DNA of 64,000 bases from Candidatus Thorarchaeota archaeon (GCA_016933575.1 JAFGAR010000028.1:156530-220529), one strand, 5' to 3'. Numbered from the stretch's first letter, positions 19,601 through 29,302 are shown. Numbers and translations: made by a program. The notes: generated from the letters alone by a model not told the origin.

Positions 19601-19611
19601 GGAGGGATATA

Positions 19612-21165
19612 ATGGAAAAATTGCTAGTTGTTGATTATGGGGGGCAATATACTCATCTAATAGCTAGAAGATGCAGAGAACTTGGCGTCTACGCTGAAAT
19701 CATATCTCAAGATCTTGAGTTAGTAGGTGCAAATTTAGAAGGTGTGAAAGGGATCATCTTATCCGGGGGACCAAGAACTGTCACTACGGATGACATGAAT
19801 TATACATTCCAAAACAATCTCAGACTGATGTTTGATAATAATGTGAAAGCTCTGGGTATTTGTTTTGGACATCAGTTATTGGCACTATATCATGGCGCAA
19901 AACTGGAACCTGGAGGTAATCCAGAATATGGCCAGACAGTAATTAACGTGATAGACAATCATGCACTGCTTTCAGGACTTGATAGAACTCAGTCTGTATG
20001 GATGAGTCATAGTGATGAAGTACGAGAATTGACTTCTGATATGATAGGGCTTGCGGCTAGTAACTCCAATCGGATTGCTTCGTTTGCTGATAAGAATGGA
20101 AAGTATTTTGGTCTTCAGTTCCATCCTGAAGTGACACACACTGATAATGGATTATCCGTTTTGAGAGCATTTCTCAGGAATATCTGCTGCTACGAAGAAG
20201 AGTGGAAACCAGAAGACCAAGTTGGCGATATTCTGCAATATATCAATGAGACAGTGGGAGATTCGAAGGTTCTCATGGCTACTAGCGGAGGCGTTGACTC
20301 TACTGTAGCAACCGTTCTTTTAAGAAAGGGAATCGGAGAACGACTGTTTTGTGTCTTCGTTGACAATGGACTGCTAAGAGAAGGAGAGAGTGAAGAAGTA
20401 TCAAAGTCTTTCCAAAACATGGGCTTTGAGAATTTTGTTGTTGTCGACGCAAGTGATGAATTTCTTATGAAGCTCGAAGGTGTTGAGGATCCGGAAGAGA
20501 AACGTCGTGTTATTGCAGAGACCTTCATTGAAGTCTTCGAAAGAAAAGCAAAGGAATTGCAGCAAGAATATGGACAATTCGAGTTTCTAGGACAAGGAAC
20601 CATCTATCCCGACCGTGTTGAGAGTGCGGCTACTGGAAAGGACACAGCTGTCATTAAGAGTCATCATAATGTTAGACTTCCCGATTGGATGAAATTGAAA
20701 CTCATAGAACCACTAAAAGACCTCTACAAAGATGAAGTCAGACTCGTTGGTTTGAAACTGGGAATCCCAGAGAAGTTGATACATAGACAACCGTTCCCAG
20801 GACCTTCTCTAGCAATTCGAATAAGTGGACCAGTCTCAAGAGAACAACTTAAAATTCTCAGACATGCTGATTCGATTCTTCAAGAAGTATTCGAGTCTCA
20901 GACATTCTATCCAAGTATATGGCAATCTTTCTGTGTGCTACTTCCGGTAAGAACTGTAGGAGTAATGGGTGACGAGAGGACATTTGATCAAGCAATCGTA
21001 ATCAGATCCGTTGAGAGCAAGGATGCTATGACAGCATCAGTCAGCAAATTGCCTTGGGAAACACTCTTACTTGTTGCCTCACGTATTGCCAATGAGGTAA
21101 AGGGTGTTAATCGAGTGGTCTATGATCTCACATCAAAACCACCCGGAACAATAGAATGGTATTGA
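19612..21165 (+). CDS. guaA: GMP synthase (glutamine-hydrolysing), fused GATase + ATP-pyrophosphatase
   Basis: The GATase motif GICFGHQLL, the PP-loop SGGVDS and the C-terminal dimerisation domain ending PPGTIEWY identify GuaA. Confidence 0.95.
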   Translation: MEKLLVVDYGGQYTHLIARRCRELGVYAEIISQDLELVGANLEGVKGIILSGGPRTVTTDDMNYTFQNNLRLMFDNNVKALGICFGHQLLALYHGAKLEPGGNPEYGQTVINVIDNHALLSGLDRTQSVWMSHSDEVRELTSDMIGLAASNSNRIASFADKNGKYFGLQFHPEVTHTDNGLSVLRAFLRNICCYEEEWKPEDQVGDILQYINETVGDSKVLMATSGGVDSTVATVLLRKGIGERLFCVFVDNGLLREGESEEVSKSFQNMGFENFVVVDASDEFLMKLEGVEDPEEKRRVIAETFIEVFERKAKELQQEYGQFEFLGQGTIYPDRVESAATGKDTAVIKSHHNVRLPDWMKLKLIEPLKDLYKDEVRLVGLKLGIPEKLIHRQPFPGPSLAIRISGPVSREQLKILRHADSILQEVFESQTFYPSIWQSFCVLLPVRTVGVMGDERTFDQAIVIRSVESKDAMTASVSKLPWETLLLVASRIANEVKGVNRVVYDLTSKPPGTIEWY

Positions 21166-21309
21166 TGAGGTAGTTACAAAGGAATCAAGACCTTTTTGTA
21201 GGCAACAAGATACTTGATATGATAATATCAAATCGATTATTCTCTATCAATTTGTTAGAAACCACATACTTTGAAAGGAACATGCAGCTCCTACGGATGG
21301 CGTGATACA

Positions 21310-22461
21310 ATGCGAAGAAAGCTTGTCTACCCATATTCAGAATCACTCCTTGACTATGAATTCAATAAGGACCACCCTCTAAAGCCCGAGAGATTGAAAC
21401 TCACCTATTCACTTTCCAAACAACTGGGACTCATTGATAAAGTAGAACTGCTTGAACCTAAAATCGCCACAAGAGAAGACCTTGAACTATTTCACTCGCC
21501 CGATTTCGTTGATGCGGTAGAAAGAGCTGGAACGACTCTGAATCCTGAGTACAAATATGGTCTAGGGACTCCAGATAATCCAGTATTCCCGATGATATAT
21601 GAAACTGGAGAGAGATACGTGGGAGCGACATTGGACGCAATGAAGAGAATAATCGAGGGCGCTTCAAATGCATTCTGTATTTCAGGAGGGCTTCATCACG
21701 CACATAGAAATGCAGCCTCAGGTTTTTGCATCTTTAACGATATTGCCATTGCGATAAACTATCTAAAGAAGAAGAAGGGAGATAATGTACGTTGCCTCTA
21801 TTTTGATTTCGATGCACACCATGGTGATGGTGTCCAGAATGCGTTTTATCGTGATAAAAACGTCTTAACAATCTCAATACACCAAACAGGAAAAACTCTA
21901 TTTCCAGGTACTGGATTTGTCTATGAAACTGGCGGTGCAGAGGGAACTGGGTATGCTGTCAATATACCAGTAATTCCTGGTGCTGGCACACCAGAACTAA
22001 TCAAGACTTTTGATGAAATTGTAGTCCCACTCTTTAATGCCTATAGACCAGATTTACTTGTCACGCAGCTTGGAGTAGATGGACACTTTATGGACCCCTT
22101 GGCGCACCTTGCTTACACTTCCCATGGGTATGAATATGTTGTAAGAGGACTAAGAAAACTGGCTGCTGATAACTGCAAATTAGGATGGCTTGCTGTTGGC
22201 GGAGGAGGATATCATCCAGTTAATGTTGCAAGACTTTGGACACTCTTTCTGGCTGTAATGCTTGATGAAAAAATACCCATGAATATTCCTGATGAGTTCA
22301 AAGAGATGTGCGCCACGATGAGTTTTGAAAGATGCCCAGGAACAATGAGAGATGAAGACGAGATTGTCCAAATGTATTTCTCAAGGGAAGAAGTTGAACT
22401 GGACCTTGAAAGAACTCTTCGTCGATTGAAGGAACTTGTATTTCCGTATCATGGTTTGTGA
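21310..22461 (+). CDS. histone deacetylase / acetoin-utilisation (AcuC)-family deacetylase
   Basis: GGLHHA and the DFDAHHGDGVQ zinc/charge-relay motifs are typical of the HDAC family. The ORF opens at TTG 21271, and ATG 21310 (MRRKLVYPY) is the likelier start. Confidence 0.85.
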   Translation: MRRKLVYPYSESLLDYEFNKDHPLKPERLKLTYSLSKQLGLIDKVELLEPKIATREDLELFHSPDFVDAVERAGTTLNPEYKYGLGTPDNPVFPMIYETGERYVGATLDAMKRIIEGASNAFCISGGLHHAHRNAASGFCIFNDIAIAINYLKKKKGDNVRCLYFDFDAHHGDGVQNAFYRDKNVLTISIHQTGKTLFPGTGFVYETGGAEGTGYAVNIPVIPGAGTPELIKTFDEIVVPLFNAYRPDLLVTQLGVDGHFMDPLAHLAYTSHGYEYVVRGLRKLAADNCKLGWLAVGGGGYHPVNVARLWTLFLAVMLDEKIPMNIPDEFKEMCATMSFERCPGTMRDEDEIVQMYFSREEVELDLERTLRRLKELVFPYHGL

Positions 22462-22471
22462 ATCCGTCTGT

Positions 22472-23098
22472 CTAATCAGGGATTATGTTCATCTGTAGAT
22501 CAATCCATTTTCGGACCATCTTGATAACAAGATCTGAGGTTGTCGCCATAATGATTGCATCGGCATCTTCAGAAAGTAGTGAGGAGGGATCAATACCAGA
22601 GCGTGCTACACGAAGCAAAGCAGGATAGCATAACAGACCGAGACCTTGGACTACATCAAGAGAATCATCCCCAGTAATCTGCATATCTTCGCCTATCAAA
22701 TCAGTTGGTAAAGTCTTGGAATCACTATCCAATAAATCAATGAAAACTGCTTCAGATGCAACAATCGTTACATCGGGCTCTATGCATTCATCAAATACTT
22801 CCGGTTTCCCTTTGTCAAATACTAGAGTGACTTCTTCATTGGTGTCAGAGACTTTGAAACAAATACTGATGTCTCTGTACGAGTTCATCGTTGACTGCAT
22901 GTATTCTTCAAACTGCTCATCAGTAATCTGATGGAGATTTCGAGCGTCTTCCAAATTGACGTTGAGGGCTGCTCGACACCCATCTACAACAGGCCCTAAG
23001 TACTCCATGAGCATGAATTTATCATGATAGATTGTGTGCGCAATTTCAAGCAACCGTTTTTCTAAGCTAATGTGTTTATCATCATTCTTTTCTGTCAA
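22472..23098 (-). CDS. SCP2 (sterol-carrier-like) domain protein
   Basis: The central segment VTLVFDKGKPEVF...DVTIVASEAVFIDLL...LIGEDMQITGDDSL resembles the SCP2 fold pattern. This is assigned by eye only. Confidence 0.4.
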   Translation of the reverse strand: MTEKNDDKHISLEKRLLEIAHTIYHDKFMLMEYLGPVVDGCRAALNVNLEDARNLHQITDEQFEEYMQSTMNSYRDISICFKVSDTNEEVTLVFDKGKPEVFDECIEPDVTIVASEAVFIDLLDSDSKTLPTDLIGEDMQITGDDSLDVVQGLGLLCYPALLRVARSGIDPSSLLSEDADAIIMATTSDLVIKMVRKWIDLQMNIIPD

Positions 23099-23210
23099 GA
23101 TGGTTCAAAGGTATTCGCTGTATTTTGTATATAGAGATGATGATGTGTCATTTAGCTCGTCATACATTAACTGAAAAGGAACATACGCATCAATAATCTG
23201 AGGGTCTCTG

Positions 23211-23966
23211 ATGACAACGGACATTCATACACATCTGGGAACAAGTCCCAATGAAGTATATGATGTAGATGCCGATAATATGGAAGAGCAAGTAGACATG
23301 CTAATTTCAAGAATGGATACTTTTGGAATCGACAAAGCTGTATTAGTACCAGATGAACCACGAATCAAGACAACTCTGTATGTAAAAGCTGCTGAAATAT
23401 ATCCAGACCGATTATTCTCTGCTTGTTCAATCATACCTAGACCGATAGATACAGCCAACAAGAAACTGTTGGAATACATCGATTTAGGTTGTAAAGCTGT
23501 TGAACTTTCTGATGAAACATTTCATCCAAGAGACCCAGCTGCCCAAGCACTGATTAAAGCAGCAGTGAATAAGAATATGCCCATCTATTTGAAAATAGAC
23601 AATCTAACAAGCGACTATATTATGTTTCTTGACACAATTACAACTGTGTATCCAGAGGGCAAGTTTGTAATATTGAACATGGGAGGATTGTTTGGTTTTC
23701 CACAATTGATCACATTGACAGCTCGTCCAAATCTCTGGCTTGAACTTTCAACAACCTTTATCAAATTGGTTGAATCACCACTAAGAGTCTTTTTGGATTC
23801 AATTGTACAGGACATCGGAGTGAGAAAGTTAGTATTCGGTTCAGGTTATCATAGTCAATATGTCGATATGATGGCAGCTCTAAATCTAATAGATCTAAAT
23901 ATTGAAACAAGCAGATTAGTCTTGAAAGAAAATGCATGGCTAATACTTGGAGTGGATTTTTCATAG
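23211..23966 (+). CDS. amidohydrolase-superfamily metal-dependent hydrolase (TIM barrel)
   Basis: The N-terminal DIHTHLG provides the HxH metal motif. Length is 251 aa. Confidence 0.55.
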   Translation: MTTDIHTHLGTSPNEVYDVDADNMEEQVDMLISRMDTFGIDKAVLVPDEPRIKTTLYVKAAEIYPDRLFSACSIIPRPIDTANKKLLEYIDLGCKAVELSDETFHPRDPAAQALIKAAVNKNMPIYLKIDNLTSDYIMFLDTITTVYPEGKFVILNMGGLFGFPQLITLTARPNLWLELSTTFIKLVESPLRVFLDSIVQDIGVRKLVFGSGYHSQYVDMMAALNLIDLNIETSRLVLKENAWLILGVDFS

Positions 23967-23985
23967 GTATAGGAATGTCGAATAA

Positions 23986-24324
23986 CTAATCCAGATTGAA
24001 CATTCTCTTTTGAACCAGTTTCTCGATATCTTCTTGGTCAGGAAGACCAACCACCCTTGTACTGCCGACCTGAATTATTGGAAGAGCAATTATGTTGAGG
24101 GACTCAACAAGCCCAGGCTTGTCGTCAATCATAGTCTCAACCACTTCGATTTTTTGATTCAAAAATGAAAGTCTATCAACAGCTAACCTTGCTAAATCCA
24201 GTGCTTCTTGGCAAAATGCACAGTATTTACTTGTAAAGACATTGACCTTCAAAGGCTCCTCTTCAGTCAATCCATGTGACGGTTCCGCACTTGTTTCATA
24301 GGGGATTGATATCCTCTTTTGCAT
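23986..24324 (-). CDS. small thioredoxin/glutaredoxin-fold protein (CxxC)
   Basis: It has a CAFC active-site motif in a ~110-aa product. ATG (24322-24324) is preceded by GGAGGT at a 6-nt spacing. The ORF could also start at GTG 24358-24360, which overlaps the upstream stop (GTGA). Confidence 0.6.
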   Translation of the reverse strand: MQKRISIPYETSAEPSHGLTEEEPLKVNVFTSKYCAFCQEALDLARLAVDRLSFLNQKIEVVETMIDDKPGLVESLNIIALPIIQVGSTRVVGLPDQEDIEKLVQKRMFNLD

Positions 24325-24356
24325 TCCAATACCTCCAATGGAAGAGAGGTGAAATA

Positions 24357-24653
24357 TCACTCTGCAAAGACAGGAGGTTTCAAACGAATATGCTCCGAAA
24401 CTGAATCAACAGCTCGCAGGGGGATCGCCTCCCACGAGTTTACCTTTTCCTCTAGGGAGCTATTCCGCTCGACGATCACTAAGGGACCATCACTGTCGTC
24501 AAACCAGACCTTCTTAACACGTCCCAGAGGAAAGCCTCTGAAATCACAGACCAACTTGCCTTTCAGCAACCATTTCATCTCGTCGTTTTCCATGGTCCTC
24601 AACAAGTGCTCTTCGTACAACATGCACAAGAGCCTGTGTACAACCGTAGTCAT
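24357..24653 (-). CDS. PRC-barrel-like small protein
   Basis: LKGKLVCDFRGFPLGRVKKVWFDDSDGPLVIVE resembles the PRC-barrel pattern. This is a weak by-eye assignment. It lies in an operon with the flanking minus-strand genes. Confidence 0.4.
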   Translation of the reverse strand: MTTVVHRLLCMLYEEHLLRTMENDEMKWLLKGKLVCDFRGFPLGRVKKVWFDDSDGPLVIVERNSSLEEKVNSWEAIPLRAVDSVSEHIRLKPPVFAE

Positions 24654-24743
24654 TCCAGCGTAACACTAAGTCTGGGTTCAAATCGTTTTTCCTTTATCAG
24701 ACTGCTTGGACAATCAGTTTTCCAAAGAAGCCACATTCCAGTT

Positions 24744-25334
24744 CTAATTCCCTTGTTCTTCCTTTTCTTCTTCATAGCCCCAGTCAATTATTGTATCACT
24801 ATCAGAGGGAAGAAAAGTACCAGGTACGAAATACCCGCCAATGCCCATCAAGATACCTCCGATGTTCATCAATCCCCCTGAAACTATATAGAGGCGAGAG
24901 TCACTAACTTGATTCAATCCAAGGTCGATTATAGTAGAACCTTCCACACTATCTATGTGGATTGTATAATTGCCTACTGCTAAGTCAATCAATTCAGTAT
25001 ACTCATAGATTACGTTCTCAGTGCTTTGTAACTGATTAACTTCTGTTAACGTAAGATTTACTGGAGTAGTTGACATAGTAACGTTATTGAAAATTGATAG
25101 ATCGATATACACTGTTGTCTGGTTAAGGGGACGAAGAGACACGGACACCTCTAATTGAGGATAATAACCGGATTCATCAAAGATCTCGAATGTTCTCTGG
25201 TCACTTTCGATTACAGAGAAATTGATGTAGTGATATGGAGCTAATACTACAATGAGACCTCCAAGGAGGATTACTGCTGCACCGCCAAAATACAGGAATG
25301 CCTTTTTACTGAACCATATGCTACCCATCAACAT
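24744..25334 (-). CDS. bitopic membrane protein with beta-rich extracellular domain (unknown function)
   Basis: It has an N-terminal TM (FLYFGGAAVILLGGLIVVLAP), a C-terminal TM (LYIVSGGLMNIGGILMGIGGYFV) and an acidic tail. Confidence 0.55.
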   Translation of the reverse strand: MLMGSIWFSKKAFLYFGGAAVILLGGLIVVLAPYHYINFSVIESDQRTFEIFDESGYYPQLEVSVSLRPLNQTTVYIDLSIFNNVTMSTTPVNLTLTEVNQLQSTENVIYEYTELIDLAVGNYTIHIDSVEGSTIIDLGLNQVSDSRLYIVSGGLMNIGGILMGIGGYFVPGTFLPSDSDTIIDWGYEEEKEEQGN

Positions 25335-25455
25335 TCAACCGTTATATGCAGCATAATTAGGAGTTATAGATGTAACGAACGGTGTAATCATATCTTCGTT
25401 TTCTTTTTTAATGCAAAACAATCAAGTTATACGATATAATAGGAATTTGTGGTTC

Positions 25456-27126
25456 ATGGAATTCTTGAAACTTGCTGAAACATTGGATACGGTGAGTAAG
25501 ACAAGAAAGAGGAGAGAAAAGATATCAATAGTTTCAGAAGTCCTAAGAGAATTGAAAGGGGATGAGTTGAAACTTGCAGCCATATATCTTGCTGGGAAAA
25601 TATTTCCACAAAACGAGGAAAGAACTCTCAATATTTCATGGAAAGGCTTACTTGGTTCACTTCATAGAGTAATCGATTTTAGCGATGAGGACTTTGGTAA
25701 ATTCTATAACGGAGATGTAGGAGAGGCAGTAGCCTTGTTGTTTTCAGAAAAGCAAGTAACACAATCTCTACTTTTCCAAGATCCTTTGACTATCACACAT
25801 GTTGGAGAGAGTTTTGAAACAATAGCTAAACTAGAAGGAAAAGGATCTCAAAGAGAGAAGCAGTCCATTGTATCGGGTCTACTTTCTCAAGCTTCTCCAA
25901 GAGAAATAAGATATCTGGTCGCGCTAATCTTGAATGATATGAGAACAGGACTCTCAGAGGGGCTTTTAGTCGATTGTATTGCTGAAGCATTCTCCGTTAA
26001 TATTGAAGATGTGAGAAGAGCATGGAGTTTCTCTGGAGACTTGGGAGAGGTTGCAAGGGTCTCCGCAAGTAAGGAATCAAGTGGATTATCAAAAATAGAA
26101 CTGAAACCAATGGTGGCAGTAAGACCAATGCTTGCAAGTCCTGTTGATGATATTAACGATGTATTTGATGAAAAGAAGAATTCTGAGATTTCCTTTGAGT
26201 TGAAGATGGATGGCGCTAGGGTCCAGATTCACAAGTTTGGTAGAGAGATCCGTGTTTTCTCACGGAATCTGAATGATGTGACGGAGAGTCTTCCAGATAT
26301 TGTTGACAATCTCAAAAAACAAGTAAAAGCAGAAACGATTGTTCTTGATGGAGAAGTAATTGCTGTTGATTCGAAAGGAATACCATATCCATTTCAAATT
26401 GTTATGAGAAGATTTGGTCGAACCAAGGATATAGAAGAAGTGCACAAAAAAATACATCTACAACTTCATAATTTCGATATTCTATTTCTGAATGGTAAAA
26501 TGCTTGTGGATGAACCCTATTCCGGTAGAAGAAAGCAATTGGAAGGTGTAGTACCTAAGGAAATGGTAATGGAGAGAGTTGTCACTAATGATGTCCAAGT
26601 GGCAAATGGTTTCTTCGAGCACAGCAAGAAGATGGGTCATGAAGGACTAGTAGCTAAGATGCTTGATTCTCCATATGTTCCCGGAGTACGTGGAAAATAT
26701 TGGTTAAAGATTAAACATACGTTGAACACACTTGATCTTGTCATCATCGCTGCAGAATGGGGTCATGGTCGAAGAGCTAAATGGCTATCAGACTATCATC
26801 TTGCAGTCTTTGATGAAGATACTGGAGAATATGTAATGATTGGAAAGACCTTCAAAGGTCTTACTGACCAAGAATTTCAGTTAATGACGGACCGACTCCA
26901 AGAACTTAGTATTGGAGAGAAACGCAATCTTGTTAGAGTGAAACCAGAGATAGTTGTTGAGGTGCTCGCTTCTGAACTGCAGGAAAGTCCGAAGTATGCT
27001 TCGGGGATTGCGCTAAGGTTTGCACGAATCACTCGGATAAGAGATGATAAGAAACCAGATAACTGTACGACGCTTACAGAACTACAGGCAATCTATGAAA
27101 AACAATTTCACTTCAAGGCACGTTAA
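25456..27126 (+). CDS. lig: ATP-dependent DNA ligase
   Basis: The adenylation motif I is ELKMDGARVQIH (KxDG). EGLVAK is motif IV-like, and WLKIK is motif V-like. The OB domain follows. The ORF opens at 25411, and ATG 25456 (MEFLKLAETLD) matches typical ligase N-termini. Confidence 0.9.
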   Translation: MEFLKLAETLDTVSKTRKRREKISIVSEVLRELKGDELKLAAIYLAGKIFPQNEERTLNISWKGLLGSLHRVIDFSDEDFGKFYNGDVGEAVALLFSEKQVTQSLLFQDPLTITHVGESFETIAKLEGKGSQREKQSIVSGLLSQASPREIRYLVALILNDMRTGLSEGLLVDCIAEAFSVNIEDVRRAWSFSGDLGEVARVSASKESSGLSKIELKPMVAVRPMLASPVDDINDVFDEKKNSEISFELKMDGARVQIHKFGREIRVFSRNLNDVTESLPDIVDNLKKQVKAETIVLDGEVIAVDSKGIPYPFQIVMRRFGRTKDIEEVHKKIHLQLHNFDILFLNGKMLVDEPYSGRRKQLEGVVPKEMVMERVVTNDVQVANGFFEHSKKMGHEGLVAKMLDSPYVPGVRGKYWLKIKHTLNTLDLVIIAAEWGHGRRAKWLSDYHLAVFDEDTGEYVMIGKTFKGLTDQEFQLMTDRLQELSIGEKRNLVRVKPEIVVEVLASELQESPKYASGIALRFARITRIRDDKKPDNCTTLTELQAIYEKQFHFKAR

Positions 27127-27199
27127 TTTGTTTGGTTTAAATATGTCGAGCGAAACTTGATTGTGTTTGTTTCAGGTATGTTGACAGACACATGGTGGA

Positions 27200-28336
27200 G
27201 TGCCAATGGGGGTTATTAGAGAGAGGTATAAACTATCACGTCTTATTCCAAAGAATCACTTTTGCTCTATGCCAATATTTCGAGAAGAGCCTCTTATCAG
27301 TTGGCCATTTACTGATACAGTTCTCTTCACTGCTTATGATGTATATAGATCAAATGACTTCTGGCTTGATAATGTGATTAAATCAGGTCAGACATTAAAA
27401 GAGGGTCTTGTGGAATTGGGATTTCCAAAGGAAAAGACCCTAGTCGCAGATACAGGTGTGTTTGAACTCGAAGCGAAGAAAGCAGGCTTGGCACGGGATT
27501 TGGGAATCGATGTGGATTTTGAAATGTCAAATGAACAGATTTTCGAAGTGTACGAGTTATCAGGTGCAGATTATTATGTAGCTCCAGACCTCATAGTTTT
27601 GGCTACAGATAGTACAGAAGTAGTATCAAAAAAAGTCGATACGATAAAACAGAATCTTGTTGACCTCCTCAACTACATCCCAGCTTCGAAGATAATCGCA
27701 GTAATTCAAGGTCATACGAAGGTTGTGATTGATGACCTATATGATTTCTACATGCAACAGGGAATATCATGCTTCGCTATTGGCGGTGTCATTCCTCTGT
27801 ATCATCATAGTAAGGATCTACTAGAAAAAGTTCTCAAATATGTAAGAGAGCTTGCAAAGAGTCAATGGCTTCATGTCTTTGGACTTCCTATTATAGCCCT
27901 CTTGAACTATTATTTGCATGATATCAATATCGATAGTGTCGATACATCAGCACTTCTTTATCTAAGCGCACGAAGACAGTATCTTGTTAGTTCTAGGACA
28001 CAACCTGTTCGAGAGGCAATTTTTAAGAGATGCGAGTGTCTTGGATGTAGAAATCTAAGTCCTGAGATGGCATCCTATAGTCAGGAGTTTTTTATCAATC
28101 TGTATATCCATAATCTATCAGAAGCTGCGAAACTTGCAATTAGACCAAATCCAAATGTGGGTACTATTATTGATTCAAGAATGAAGGTGGATAAAATCAA
28201 ACAACACTCAAAGAAAGAGAAGACACCCAGACAGGAATATGAACCAATTGAAAAGACTACTTGGCTGACTGCTGAGGAAGTCATAAAGATGCAAAGAAAG
28301 GAAGGGGTTGGGAAGACAACCCCAGAAAATGAATAA
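27200..28336 (+). CDS. tRNA-guanine-transglycosylase-superfamily protein, catalytic barrel only (DpdA-like)
   Basis: TGT-type motifs are all present: ADTGVFELE (nucleophile Asp), VIQGHT, CFAIGGVIPLY, LHVFGLP, IDSVDTSA and the zinc site CECLGC...IHNL. There is no PUA or C-terminal arcTGT domain. It has a basic C-terminal tail. Confidence 0.7.
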   Translation: MPMGVIRERYKLSRLIPKNHFCSMPIFREEPLISWPFTDTVLFTAYDVYRSNDFWLDNVIKSGQTLKEGLVELGFPKEKTLVADTGVFELEAKKAGLARDLGIDVDFEMSNEQIFEVYELSGADYYVAPDLIVLATDSTEVVSKKVDTIKQNLVDLLNYIPASKIIAVIQGHTKVVIDDLYDFYMQQGISCFAIGGVIPLYHHSKDLLEKVLKYVRELAKSQWLHVFGLPIIALLNYYLHDINIDSVDTSALLYLSARRQYLVSSRTQPVREAIFKRCECLGCRNLSPEMASYSQEFFINLYIHNLSEAAKLAIRPNPNVGTIIDSRMKVDKIKQHSKKEKTPRQEYEPIEKTTWLTAEEVIKMQRKEGVGKTTPENE

Positions 28337-28783
28337 TCATTTCATCCAAGCGTAGATACCGAGTAAGTGGAAAAAGAATGCCACAGCAACAAGACTACCA
28401 CCAATTGCACCATATCCCAGTAATTCCCCACCATTGATCGATAGATAAAACTCCGCAAGAGGACCTACTGAACCAATAATGATAAGCACCTCACCAAGGA
28501 GAATGACTTCTCTTTTGATAATTGCTAGACCTATGATGAGAATTATTGGGAATGCTGCAATCTGGACAAGGAAAATTGTTGCATTTGCCACCTCAAGACT
28601 GATAATCAAACCACCAAGATAGAATAACAGAATACCAAAAATCGGAAAGACTCTTCGATACTTGTTGAATGATGATGTTGAAGTCATTTTTGGATCGCTT
28701 ATTTCCATGTCAGTAACCATCCCTAATTTTGTCAGTAACGAATCATTCACACTTAAATCTACTACGGAAATATAATCACTCAA
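28337..28783 (-). CDS. small polytopic membrane protein
   Basis: The 148-aa product has about 4 hydrophobic helices after a short soluble N-terminus. Confidence 0.5.
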   Translation of the reverse strand: MSDYISVVDLSVNDSLLTKLGMVTDMEISDPKMTSTSSFNKYRRVFPIFGILLFYLGGLIISLEVANATIFLVQIAAFPIILIIGLAIIKREVILLGEVLIIIGSVGPLAEFYLSINGGELLGYGAIGGSLVAVAFFFHLLGIYAWMK

Positions 28784-28862
28784 AATACTTTAGTACTAAG
28801 TCGCAGACCACAGCCTTTATAGGCAACACTGGTCGGCAATTTGAATAAGGAGCCATTCAGCT

Positions 28863-29252
28863 ATGTGGCTAGAGATATTCCTAATTCCATTCGTCCTCGC
28901 ATTAGTGCTATTCATCATCTTTTGGATAGTCCACGAGGGTTCTCGTTGGCAAAAACATCCGCAACTTGGGATTTTTGCTAGGATTATACAGGCTTCACCA
29001 GGTAGGGCCTTTCTCATATTTCTGGTGCTTACAATTGCATTCATTCCACTGGGTCTTCTTTTAATGACTGGTATGTGGATTGACAAGATTGCAATCGGGA
29101 TTACACCAGAAAAGTCCGATGTTGTGAACGTCATGTTGCTTACGTTCCTAGTACTTGCAGGAGCATTTGCAGTGATGTATGGAGCATACGGAACTTGGAG
29201 ACAGGCTTCAAGGGCAGAAGCTGAGTTGAAGGTACGTCCGTCTTCAGCATAA
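28863..29252 (+). CDS. small polytopic membrane protein
   Basis: The 129-aa product has 4 clear TM helices. It is preferred over the overlapping antisense ORF 28817-29263, whose translation has no membrane or domain character. Confidence 0.5.
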   Translation: MWLEIFLIPFVLALVLFIIFWIVHEGSRWQKHPQLGIFARIIQASPGRAFLIFLVLTIAFIPLGLLLMTGMWIDKIAIGITPEKSDVVNVMLLTFLVLAGAFAVMYGAYGTWRQASRAEAELKVRPSSA

Positions 29253-29263
29253 TCAGAAAACAA

Positions 29264-29302
29264 AATGGCTGATAGACCAAGTAGTTTGGCATTTCAGCCA
29301 TT
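29264..29302. terminator. perfect 9-bp inverted repeat (AATGGCTGA...TCAGCCATT) between convergent genes
   Basis: The arms at 29264-29272 and 29294-29302 are exact reverse complements. The hairpin starts 12 nt after the 28863-29252 stop. A terminator role is inferred only. Confidence 0.3.

Noticed and set aside
21214-21231. AT-rich palindrome TTGATAT-GATA-ATATCAA and a T5 run (21193-21197) downstream of guaA, as a terminator or operator.
   Set aside because: It is a plausible archaeal oligo-T terminator context, but it is too short and AT-rich to distinguish from background without 3'-end mapping.
25411-28336. Idea that DNA ligase plus the TGT-like gene form a dedicated DNA-modification/repair system.
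   Set aside because: The ligase looks like the single housekeeping ATP-dependent ligase, and base exchange by TGT enzymes needs no ligation. Adjacency alone is insufficient. The TGT-like gene is kept as a stand-alone finding.
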